Positions 32,946-43,804 of a DNA stretch of 64,000 nt are shown here, one piece after another; position 1 is the stretch's first letter, and the number at the start of each line of letters is the position of its first letter. The stretch lies in the NCBI GenBank assembly GCA_000146045.2, contig BK006944.2, positions 576,001 to 640,000 on the forward strand. Reading direction: 5' to 3'. A program made the translations under genes and the position numbers. Source of the DNA: TPA_inf: Saccharomyces. Its lineage: Eukaryota. The notes beneath the pieces were generated by a model. That model searched no databases and had not been told where the DNA came from. It saw only the letters and a program-made list of their open reading frames with translations.

Positions 32946-35066
32946 ATGTATAACTCAATCTACGGGTCCCCCTTCCCTAAAATAAATCCGAAGGTCCGCT
33001 ACAAAACTGCTCTAGAAAGAGCAGGGTTTGACACTAAGCCGCGTAATCCGTTCAGTAGTCAGAGGAATGCTTCCACTGGAAGTTTACAAGCTTCCGTGAA
33101 GTCGCCGCCAATAACCCGTCAAAGAAATGTATCTGCCGCCCCATCTGTTCCGGTCACGATGAAGAGTGCGTATACGGCGTCTTCAAAGAGTGCTTATTCA
33201 TCTGTAAAGGGCGAGTCTGACATTTATCCGCCTCCCGTATTGGAGAATAGCGAGAGGCGGAGTGTAACTCCTCCAAAGAATAGCAATTTTACGTCTTCGA
33301 GACCCAGTGACATATCTCGTTCTATTTCCAGGCCCAGCGAGCGTGCTTCGCAAGAGGATCCCTTCCGTTTTGAACGCGACTTAGACCGTCAGGCGGAACA
33401 ATATGCTGCCTCTAGGCATACATGTAAATCACCTGCTAACAAGGAATTCCAAGCCGCAGATAACTTCCCCTTCAACTTCGAACAAGAAGATGCTGGTAAT
33501 ACTGAAAGGGAACAAGATTTGAGCCCTATTGAAAGAAGTTTCATGATGCTGACTCAAAATGACACTGCAAGCGTTGTAAATTCTATGAACCAAACCGATA
33601 ACAGAGGTGTGCTCGACCAAAAACTCGGAAAAGAACAGCAAAAAGAGGAAAGTTCAATCGAATATGAAAGTGAAGGACAGCAGGAGGATGAGAATGATAT
33701 TGAAAGCCTAAATTTTGAACCAGATCCTAAACTACAGATGAATCTTGAAAATGAACCACTTCAAGATGATTTTCCAGAAGCAAAACAAGAGGAAAAGAAT
33801 ACAGAACCTAAAATTCCGGAAATTAATGTTACGAGGGAAAGTAATACACCATCTTTAACCATGAACGCACTAGACTCTAAAATATATCCTGATGATAACT
33901 TTTCTGGCCTGGAATCTTCAAAGGAACAGAAATCACCTGGTGTGTCATCATCGTCAACAAAAGTTGAAGATTTAAGTCTTGATGGGTTAAATGAGAAACG
34001 TCTTTCAATAACTTCTTCAGAAAACGTGGAAACACCATACACTGCTACGAACCTCCAAGTCGAACAATTGATTGCTCAATTAGACGATGTTTCCCTATCT
34101 AGAAATGCAAAGCTCGATATGAACGGCAATTGCCTCAACGCAGTGGACAGAAAGGCTTCTAGATTCAAAAAGTCAAGCGCATATTTATCTGGGTATCCCA
34201 GCATGGATATACCCGTAACGCAGCAAACATCAATTGTGCAAAACAGCAATACGAACTTATCCAGACAAACTATTCTGGTAGATAAAGGCGATGTCGATGA
34301 AGACGCGCCATCTGAATCTACAACTAATGGTGGCACACCCATTTTTTACAAGTTTAAACAGTCGAACGTAGAATACTCCAATAATGAAGGGATGGGTTCG
34401 CAAGAAACTTTCAGAACGAAACTTCCCACAATTGAAGCACTACAACTGCAGCATAAGCGCAACATAACAGATCTGAGAGAAGAAATTGATAATTCCAAAT
34501 CTAATGACTCTCATGTATTACCTAACGGCGGCACTACGAGATACAGCTCTGATGCAGATTATAAAGAAACGGAGCCCATTGAGTTTAAATATCCGCCTGG
34601 GGAGGGACCTTGCAGAGCATGCGGCTTGGAAGTCACAGGGAAAAGAATGTTTTCCAAAAAGGAAAACGAACTGTCGGGTCAATGGCATCGTGAATGTTTT
34701 AAATGCATTGAATGTGGTATCAAATTCAATAAACATGTTCCCTGTTATATTCTAGGCGATGAACCATATTGTCAAAAGCACTATCACGAGGAGAATCACA
34801 GTATTTGTAAGGTTTGTTCAAATTTCATAGAGGGTGAATGTCTGGAAAATGATAAGGTGGAACGATTCCACGTGGATTGTCTAAACTGTTTCTTATGCAA
34901 GACTGCCATTACTAATGATTATTATATATTCAATGGGGAAATTCCATTGTGCGGTAATCACGACATGGAAGCTCTCTTGAAGGAAGGTATCGACAATGCT
35001 ACATCAAGCAATGATAAGAACAATACTCTCTCTAAAAGGAGAACGAGGCTCATCAACTTCAACTAG
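32946..35066 (+). CDS. PXL1: Pxl1, paxillin-like protein with C-terminal LIM domains (706 aa).
   Basis: The ORF track starts at a GTG (32889). The first ATG at 32946 (MYNSIYGSPFP...) gives 706 aa. The C-terminus has Cys/His-rich LIM repeats (CRACGLEV...CGIKFNKHVPCY...CQKHYH...CKVCSNF...). Confidence 0.9.
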   Translation: MYNSIYGSPFPKINPKVRYKTALERAGFDTKPRNPFSSQRNASTGSLQASVKSPPITRQRNVSAAPSVPVTMKSAYTASSKSAYSSVKGESDIYPPPVLENSERRSVTPPKNSNFTSSRPSDISRSISRPSERASQEDPFRFERDLDRQAEQYAASRHTCKSPANKEFQAADNFPFNFEQEDAGNTEREQDLSPIERSFMMLTQNDTASVVNSMNQTDNRGVLDQKLGKEQQKEESSIEYESEGQQEDENDIESLNFEPDPKLQMNLENEPLQDDFPEAKQEEKNTEPKIPEINVTRESNTPSLTMNALDSKIYPDDNFSGLESSKEQKSPGVSSSSTKVEDLSLDGLNEKRLSITSSENVETPYTATNLQVEQLIAQLDDVSLSRNAKLDMNGNCLNAVDRKASRFKKSSAYLSGYPSMDIPVTQQTSIVQNSNTNLSRQTILVDKGDVDEDAPSESTTNGGTPIFYKFKQSNVEYSNNEGMGSQETFRTKLPTIEALQLQHKRNITDLREEIDNSKSNDSHVLPNGGTTRYSSDADYKETEPIEFKYPPGEGPCRACGLEVTGKRMFSKKENELSGQWHRECFKCIECGIKFNKHVPCYILGDEPYCQKHYHEENHSICKVCSNFIEGECLENDKVERFHVDCLNCFLCKTAITNDYYIFNGEIPLCGNHDMEALLKEGIDNATSSNDKNNTLSKRRTRLINFN

Positions 35067-35524
35067 CATCACTACCCATTTGTCTTTCCTAGCACACATG
35101 TTTCATAACATTCTTAATAAGATTTTGATTTTTTATATTATTAGCCAGCCTTGTTCATTTATAAATTGTATAGCGCAGGAAAAAGGCATCTGCCTATCTA
35201 TGGTATCAACAACATTAGTCGTCATTAGTTAGTTAGTTATAAAGACATCATTCACTCATATTCACTACGTTGTCTTCTTCTCAACAACTACCTCTAACTG
35301 TTTTTTTACGCGTCATTTAATTGTAGCGAATTTCTATTTTTGGACATTCTCGTACCGGTGCATTAAAGGCTAAAAGCTAAAAAGGGAACAGGAGCCTAAG
35401 AATAGAGAATAAGGAAATTTATTTAAGGAAAGGCTAAGCAATGAAATGTTTCGTTATTTTATTGTATTTTCAAGAGGATGGAAGAAGAACCTGAGCACAA
35501 ACGGATAAATAATAGACGAATATA

Positions 35525-36265
35525 ATGTTTCTTAAGACACCTAATTGGGAAACGGTAAATGAGACTCCCAAATCGAGAGTCTTAACGATAAACGAATTGA
35601 TCTCTCCCAACCTGGATACTGAATCTAACAGCCTTCTGGCGACGCCGGCAAGGAAATATTTCAAAACTTCAATAAGTGAAGCGCAAGATTCTCCTACATC
35701 TGCCCCTTCGCCCGATGGCAATGAGGATCCCACATATCAATACAACGTACAATTTCATTTTCCAGGACCAATAACACCTACAACACCCAGGTCTAAGAAT
35801 GCAGAAATGTTTCCATCCCCCACGCCCCCATTGGTTTCTCCCACAGCGGTTATCGAGGAAGAGAATGACGATTCCGTACGGGAGTTTTCACGCACGCTAA
35901 AATCAAGACTCAACTGCGCAATGGTTAAGCTATCAAAGGAACATGAGCAAGTAGCTTTGATTCCTCCACCTCCGACGGAAAAGATACGAAAGGGCTCTTA
36001 TAGTAATAAATTTGCCGCTAAGCATAGGCGCTGTCACTCGTTAGATGAATCCAAAAAGTTTCTGAGTTCTCTGGAAGATTCATCCGCTCATGCAGCGTTC
36101 TTGAAGGCAATTTCGTCCAAACATGCCAAAAGCAATAGGGTAGACAACGTTAACGTTTCGCCGTTACGTTGGTCATCTCATAGAAGAACGCAAAGTACAC
36201 AGGAGAATTCTTTACAAGAAGTTGTTGCTATCGATACATTATTGAAGATGTCCTCATCGGACTGA
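35525..36265 (+). CDS. SRL3: Srl3/Whi8-family protein (Whi5-like GTB motif, cell-cycle related), 246 aa.
   Basis: A 246-aa ORF with ATG at 35525. Length and position between PXL1 and SRP40 match YKR091W. Confidence 0.85.
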   Translation: MFLKTPNWETVNETPKSRVLTINELISPNLDTESNSLLATPARKYFKTSISEAQDSPTSAPSPDGNEDPTYQYNVQFHFPGPITPTTPRSKNAEMFPSPTPPLVSPTAVIEEENDDSVREFSRTLKSRLNCAMVKLSKEHEQVALIPPPPTEKIRKGSYSNKFAAKHRRCHSLDESKKFLSSLEDSSAHAAFLKAISSKHAKSNRVDNVNVSPLRWSSHRRTQSTQENSLQEVVAIDTLLKMSSSD

Positions 36266-36664
36266 ACTAATGATTCGGGTTTCGCATATATACATGGCTT
36301 TGGCTACTTTTAGGTTTATAGTTCTTGCTGTTTATATCACTAATATTTAGTATATAGCTGCGAAGAAAGAAAAAGAAAATATTCACCTCTAGGAGCCAAA
36401 AACATAAAAAAAAAAATAATTAAAAAAAACTTTTATTGAATGCTTAATTATTTAGTGACGCGATTACCTATATACCAGGTTATTTATTTTTTCTTTTTTC
36501 AAAGGAAAACAATACAAAATATTACTGTTACCATTTTTGTTACTATTATTATTGTCTTTATTACTATTATTTTTCTATCGTTGCTATAATTACAATTTGT
36601 TTACTCTACAACTTAAAAGGAGATTACTCCAGACAACGAGTTTTGTTTTATGTTTCCTATTCTT

Positions 36665-37690
36665 TTAATCTTGGAATTTGTATGAACCACTTTCTAATGT
36701 AATGGATCCACCTCTGTAAGAACCTCTCTTCATTTTATTTTTGTTCTTCGTGAAATCTTTACCTCTTACTCTACCTAATTTTTCATTTGCCTTTTCACCC
36801 CATGTTCCAGCCGCGCCTTTGTAGGTGTTGTCTGTCAACTCCCAAGCTTCGAAATTAATCTTCGATCTATCTACTCTGGAAAAATGCTTTCTTTGGCCCT
36901 CTTTGATCTCGTCGGTTCCAGCAGGAATGTTCAATTTATTGGCGCTTGATGAACTGGAAGCAGATGGAGTTGATTCGTTAGATGAGGCAGGCGTTTCTTC
37001 GGCCTTGGATTCGTCTGCAGTTGCTTCTTTTGTTTCCAATTCAGAGCTAGAACCAGAGTCTGAGTCGGAATCCGAATCGGAGGAATCAGAAGATGTAGAT
37101 TCGTCGGAACTTGAATCAGACGAGCTTGAAGAATCGGACGAGCCTGAAGAGTCTGAGTCCGAGCTTGAGTCGGAATCCGAATCTGAATCCGAGGAAGAGC
37201 TGCTAGAGCTGGAGCTAGAGTCGGAGTCAGATGAAGAGTCGCTGGAGCTGGAGTCGGAGTCAGACGAAGAGTCGCTAGAGCTGGAGCTAGAACTTGATTG
37301 AGAATCTGATTCAGAATCTGATTCGGAATCAGAAGAACTACTTGAGCTAGAACTTGAGTCAGAATCAGATTCCGAACCTGATTCTGATTCTGAAGATGAC
37401 GATGACCCGCTAGAGCTTGACTCCGATGAGGAAGAGCTTTCTGGTTCAGTTTTAGCCTTTTTAGTCTCCTTAGCATCTTCGTTGTCTGATTCTCTTGCTC
37501 TTTTCTTGGTTTCATCTTCTGATTCGGATTCCGAAGAAGATTCGTCAGAACTAGAGCTAGAGGAAGAAGAAGATCCACTGGAGCTAGAGTCGGATTCACT
37601 AGAAGATTCAGAGTCACTGGAACTTGAGCTTGAGCTAGAAGAAGAAGATGATGATGAGCTAGATTCAGAGTCACTGCTGTCACTGCTGTC

Positions 37691-37727
<37 letters not shown>

Positions 37728-37885
37728 GAAGATTCGCCGCTAGAACTGGACGAGGAAGATGAAGAAGAAGAGGAGGAGGAGGAGGAGGAGGAGGAGGAAG
37801 AAGAAGAAGAAGATTTCTCTTCAATCTCCTTCTCCTTAACACTTAATTTTGGCACTTCGTCAACTTTAATTTTCTTGGAAGCCAT
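36665..37885 (-). CDS. SRP40: Srp40, nucleolar serine-rich Nopp140-like chaperone (406 aa), of which roughly 60% is Ser/Asp/Glu.
   Basis: A 406-aa ORF with ATG (cat 37883-37885). Long acidic-serine repeats are followed by the conserved C-terminal SRP40_C motif (RFSRVDRSKINFEAWELTDNTYKG...RGGSIT). Confidence 0.93.
37694..37726. repeat. (GCT)11 perfect trinucleotide microsatellite, giving (AGC)n = Ser11 on the SRP40 sense strand. It lies inside a larger (GAR)n/(TCN)n low-complexity region spanning 36900-37820 that includes about 2.5 tandem copies of a 33-bp unit (37218-37283).
   Basis: Direct reading shows tgctgctgctgctgctgctgctgctgctgctgct. The 33-bp unit gagtcggagtcagaYgaagagtcgctRgagctg is repeated in tandem. 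Confidence 0.9.
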
Positions 37886-39729
37886 TGCTATGTATTCTTA
37901 GTGTACTGCGACTTGGGTTTCTTTCTTGCTTTGTATAAAAGTGCGATGAGTTCAATCATCAAGTGAATTTTTTTTTTTCAGCCTGCATTGAAAAAAAAAA
38001 AATTGTATGCTCGAGCGATGGGAAGGTTTTTTCCTCTTCCCGTTCAAAGCTTCCTCGGACCAACTCCACTTTTTCTCGGCCCGTTGTAAAGAAATGGGTA
38101 AGAGAACTAAATTGCAATAAGCTTCGAATTATCGTTTTGATCCAGACATAAAGAGATGTACAAACTACAAAACAAGAGTAAAATAACTCGAACGAAGGGT
38201 ACACCTTCTGTAATAAAACAAATTCACTATAACTGCCTTATTGGAGTGAAAAAACAAGATTATGTAGACCCCCTCTCGCGATAAAGAACATTAATGACTG
38301 CAACACCCGCACACCACAAGGTGAAGGGCAAAGGTGAATTAACCAAAGTGAAGAGGACGACGTAGAATCAACCAGGTATCCTTGATAAGGGGAGGAGTAA
38401 GAAAAAAGTGTGTCGAACGTAAATTTATGTGTCTAATGAAAGTATCTTCACACTAAGATTATAATTCTCCTTGGCAAAACAAAATGACACCTTTGTCCTG
38501 TTTTCGTTATCTACTTTTTTTTGTGTCAGATGTCATTTTGGTCTCCTACGCATCCACTACATCCTTGTCACAATTTGTTATCAGTAACCAACTTAGATGA
38601 CTTGCACCAGCGCCACATCTTCGAAAGCGTTGAAACAAACTACGTAAACAAACAAAAAGTCAACATCCTGTAGATGTGGCTGCAAAACCACAGAATCCTC
38701 GTGTGGGAGAAAATATTGATAGGACCAGAGCGAACTTTTTTGATACAGACGTAGGAGGTAGCCGTTACCGCATTAGTATACTATATGCGTACGGCCGCCA
38801 AGAGCCCAAGAAAGAGACACAAAACTACGTGGGATAAGCTTGGGGTAACGCAATCAGTATTGTTCATTTTTTTTCCCGGAAAAGCTAAGAGTTTTCTGGC
38901 GAGATAAGATAACGGCGCCGAAGGCAGCGGCGAACTGACTTACCTCCGTCGGCTCCGGCGTACGGCACCAAAAAATCCCGCAATAACTTGACACCAATGG
39001 GCTAACGGCGTCCGCAGAACCGTGACGCAATCTGCGGTTTGTGTCAAGACAGAGAAGTGGGCTGCTTCTCCCCTTTCAACACTCCCCTCCCATGGCTGAA
39101 TACTCAGACGTTTTCTGTGGTGGAAATGGCATCAAAAGTGCCACTGGCTGGCGAATCCAGACTATTTTGTGTCAAAGAAACATGCGTACCTGCACAATAA
39201 AAAGAAAAGGCCCGCCCTACTGACATCCTGTTCAGGATCCTCGAAGAACAGGAAAAAGGACAACCGTCCTTTTCACTTCACGTTCGCAGGGCTTTCCTCG
39301 ATATAATGGCGATTACACAAGCGGTGGCGTCTTGAAAAAAGTTGGGTTTCTTATCTGTACGGCGATCACTCCCCTCATATGATAGCTGTGTAGAGTGACT
39401 TGCTCTTTGATTGGCCTTACTTCTTGCATCTATCATCCTTTCTTTTACTCTCTCCAATCACCACAACTCATATCATTCTACATTTCATTTTATTGTTCTG
39501 TACAATTTTTAGGTTTGTAAAATATATAAGTGATGTACATATCTTCTATATCCTTTCCGTTTGTGTCTATTTTAGGGTTGGCTTATTACGCATTATTCCT
39601 ACTTTATTTTTACTTGCTTACTTGAAAAAGAAGGTATACCACAGTGCTGCTCCACTGCAAACAATATAAAATATTATCAATTATTTTTTTTTTTCTTCTT
39701 TTGAATTAGATCACTAATAAACTCTTATA

Positions 39730-41535
39730 ATGCTCAACCATCCCAGCCAAGGCTCAGATGATGCTCAGGACGAAAAGCAAGGCGACTTCCCGGTCATCGA
39801 AGAGGAGAAGACCCAGGCTGTAACGCTGAAGGATTCGTATGTTAGCGACGACGTCGCCAACTCCACGGAACGCTACAACTTGTCCCCTTCTCCGGAGGAC
39901 GAAGACTTCGAAGGCCCCACTGAAGAAGAAATGCAGACTTTAAGGCACGTTGGTGGTAAAATTCCTATGAGGTGTTGGTTAATTGCTATTGTAGAGCTTT
40001 CCGAGAGATTCTCCTACTACGGGCTTTCCGCACCATTCCAAAACTACATGGAATATGGACCTAATGACTCCCCAAAGGGTGTTCTGAGCTTGAACAGTCA
40101 GGGTGCCACTGGGTTGTCGTATTTTTTCCAGTTTTGGTGTTACGTTACACCAGTTTTCGGTGGTTACGTTGCGGACACCTTCTGGGGTAAATATAATACA
40201 ATTTGTTGCGGTACCGCTATTTACATTGCCGGTATTTTCATTCTATTTATCACTTCGATTCCCTCCGTTGGTAACAGAGACAGTGCTATTGGTGGGTTCA
40301 TTGCTGCCATTATTCTGATCGGTATTGCCACTGGTATGATTAAAGCTAACCTTTCCGTGTTGATTGCCGACCAGCTTCCTAAGCGGAAACCCTCCATCAA
40401 AGTTTTAAAATCGGGCGAAAGAGTCATTGTCGATTCAAATATTACTTTACAAAACGTTTTTATGTTCTTCTATTTCATGATCAATGTCGGTTCTCTATCA
40501 TTAATGGCCACTACTGAATTGGAATATCATAAGGGGTTCTGGGCGGCCTATCTATTGCCCTTCTGCTTCTTTTGGATCGCTGTTGTCACTTTGATTTTTG
40601 GTAAAAAGCAATACATTCAAAGACCAATCGGAGATAAAGTCATCGCTAAAAGTTTTAAAGTTTGTTGGATTTTAACTAAGAATAAGTTCGACTTCAACGC
40701 TGCTAAACCTTCTGTTCATCCAGAAAAGAACTATCCATGGAATGACAAATTTGTTGATGAAATTAAGAGAGCTTTGGCGGCTTGTAAAGTCTTTATATTC
40801 TACCCAATTTATTGGACCCAATACGGTACCATGATTTCCAGTTTCATCACTCAGGCCAGTATGATGGAATTACATGGAATTCCCAACGATTTCTTACAAG
40901 CATTCGATTCCATTGCGTTGATCATTTTCATCCCAATTTTTGAAAAATTCGTATATCCTTTCATTAGAAGATACACTCCACTAAAACCAATTACAAAAAT
41001 TTTCTTCGGTTTCATGTTTGGATCTTTTGCCATGACATGGGCTGCTGTTCTACAAAGTTTCGTTTACAAGGCTGGTCCATGGTATAATGAACCTCTGGGT
41101 CACAACACCCCAAATCATGTCCACGTTTGCTGGCAAATACCCGCATATGTCTTGATTTCTTTTTCAGAGATCTTTGCCTCTATCACTGGGTTGGAATACG
41201 CTTATTCCAAAGCCCCAGCTTCCATGAAATCGTTTATTATGTCCATTTTCTTATTGACTAACGCCTTTGGTTCTGCAATCGGTTGTGCATTGTCCCCAGT
41301 GACCGTTGATCCTAAATTTACATGGTTATTCACTGGTTTGGCTGTTGCCTGCTTTATTTCTGGTTGTTTGTTCTGGTTGTGCTTCAGGAAGTATAATGAT
41401 ACAGAGGAAGAAATGAACGCTATGGACTACGAAGAAGAAGACGAATTTGATCTCAATCCAATTTCCGCACCTAAAGCTAACGATATTGAAATATTAGAAC
41501 CAATGGAAAGTCTAAGATCCACCACCAAATATTAG
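39730..41535 (+). CDS. PTR2: Ptr2, proton-coupled di/tripeptide transporter (POT/PTR family), 601 aa.
   Basis: A 601-aa ORF with ATG at 39730. Twelve hydrophobic segments and POT signature regions (GGYVADTFWGKYNTI...; FYFMINVGSL) are present. Matches YKR093W. Confidence 0.94.
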   Translation: MLNHPSQGSDDAQDEKQGDFPVIEEEKTQAVTLKDSYVSDDVANSTERYNLSPSPEDEDFEGPTEEEMQTLRHVGGKIPMRCWLIAIVELSERFSYYGLSAPFQNYMEYGPNDSPKGVLSLNSQGATGLSYFFQFWCYVTPVFGGYVADTFWGKYNTICCGTAIYIAGIFILFITSIPSVGNRDSAIGGFIAAIILIGIATGMIKANLSVLIADQLPKRKPSIKVLKSGERVIVDSNITLQNVFMFFYFMINVGSLSLMATTELEYHKGFWAAYLLPFCFFWIAVVTLIFGKKQYIQRPIGDKVIAKSFKVCWILTKNKFDFNAAKPSVHPEKNYPWNDKFVDEIKRALAACKVFIFYPIYWTQYGTMISSFITQASMMELHGIPNDFLQAFDSIALIIFIPIFEKFVYPFIRRYTPLKPITKIFFGFMFGSFAMTWAAVLQSFVYKAGPWYNEPLGHNTPNHVHVCWQIPAYVLISFSEIFASITGLEYAYSKAPASMKSFIMSIFLLTNAFGSAIGCALSPVTVDPKFTWLFTGLAVACFISGCLFWLCFRKYNDTEEEMNAMDYEEEDEFDLNPISAPKANDIEILEPMESLRSTTKY

Positions 41536-41995
41536 TGCGTTTAATTAACTTACTGTCTTTTTTTTTTTTTTTTTTTTAACCATATTACGTTGACGGGAGT
41601 TTTCTGTGCTGCTGTTATTTGTTTCACAGAACTCTCTCCTCTTCCATTGCTATCGAACAGATAAAATGGAATTTCTTTATGTATAATTACTATTGTATAA
41701 TATTCAGTAAATCTAAATTTTAAGCTCATATATCTAAACACTACAACATGGAAGCAGCTTGTCCTCTTCAGGCTCACTGTATCCGTTTACTCTTATTTCG
41801 CGTATTTGCATACCATTATCTCAAATGACTTGTTATTATATCTTGATATATATTGTATTATAGAACAATTTGTGAAGAGAGGTCCATATTAAGATTTCCT
41901 CCCATTTACAAATAGAATAGAAAAGGAAATATATATGTAGTAAAAAAATCGTGATGTATACAAACTTTGGATTTGTGGAGATCGTAATAAATCGA

Positions 41996-42750
<755 letters not shown>

Positions 42751-42890
42751 TTTGAACCTTTGGTGGCTTTACCTCTTGCTGAACGGGAAAAAGTGATATA
42801 TAAGGTTGCTCTTATTTGTGTATTTGAGATTATGAGTTGCATACCCATAATGCCTGGGATAGATGGGTAATGGCTAGTATGAGGCGGATC

Positions 42891-42913
42891 ATATGGCGGA
42901 TTATCCGCCATAT
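42891..42913. repeat. Perfect 10-bp inverted repeat ATATGGCGGA-tta-TCCGCCATAT in the RPL40B/MLP1 divergent intergenic region. It is preceded by a direct copy of GGCGGAT (42883-42889), giving three CGG half-sites: CGG-N9-CGG-N5-CCG.
   Basis: Read directly as gaggcggatcatatggcggattatccgccatatcctattgcgg. It sits about 140 bp upstream of the RPL40B ATG and about 900 bp upstream of MLP1. Confidence 0.85.
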
Positions 42914-43804
42914 CCTATTGCGGTACTTCAGAATCTGAAAAACATGAAAAAAAAAAAAAAGTTCAGCAAAAATGGAAAGATTGCACCCAGACAACTACAC
43001 AAATCTATTAGAGGCACGGATGGAAATAGTATTTAAAAAGGATTGTCGAAAGATGATATGGCCTCCGATGAGAAGAAAGGCGGCTATCCTCATCCACATA
43101 TAGAACACAAATGAATGCCAATAGGTAATAAATCACTAAATCTACTAGTTTGTAAAAGGTTCGAAATAATATGTCATAAATTTCGCTGTTACCTTATTGC
43201 TCAGGCGCTTAACGCCAAATTGCATTGCCCATCATTGAAGAACACAACCTAACGCGTTAATATCTCAAGCAATGAATTCAAGTATCCCTATGCAAGAATT
43301 TAAAAATTTCTCTCTCTATTTGAACTGAACCAGCATTTTTTATATCTCTCCACATATCGCAGAAAGCTTTTCTACTCTCAAGAAAAAATTGAGGGATGGG
43401 TCAACCTTCCATAGATTCTATATGGAATAATAAAATTTACTTCTTACTAACATTATATCAGGGTGAATATTACTGACAAAAATAATAACTTAAGTCTTCT
43501 TTATAATATGATGATCGACGCGCGGGGTAACGCGCTCTTCCCATCTTTGTTTCCTTTCATTCCTCTTGACATGACAACAAGAGTATATGGGAAAAGAAAA
43601 CTGGAAGGCAAATTGAATACAGACAGAGATATCAATAAAAGTGGTCCATTGAGTCTTACGGCGCCGGAGAGATACGCTCCATTTACAATATTTACTGATA
43701 GATATATTGCTGCCTGTCTATTTTTCCATCTCTTGTGCTGACTAGGACTTAACTGATACTCGCCGAAGCTACACAAATAGTCAGTAACGCCACGTTTTAG
43801 GATA

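Noticed and set aside
36825-37901. Three long ORFs overlapping or antisense to SRP40 (158, 303 and 139 aa).
   Set aside because: They are artefacts of the serine/acidic codon repeats (poly-Leu/Glu/Pro/Ala translations). They were also the only region that superficially resembled a 'novel repeat protein', and were rejected on that basis.
42830-42875. Possible Rap1 site (gcatacccataatg / agatgggtaatgg) in the RPL40B promoter.
   Set aside because: It has 3-4 mismatches to ACACCCRYACAYM and is not convincing without a PWM score. It is reported only as a weak candidate, not as a feature.
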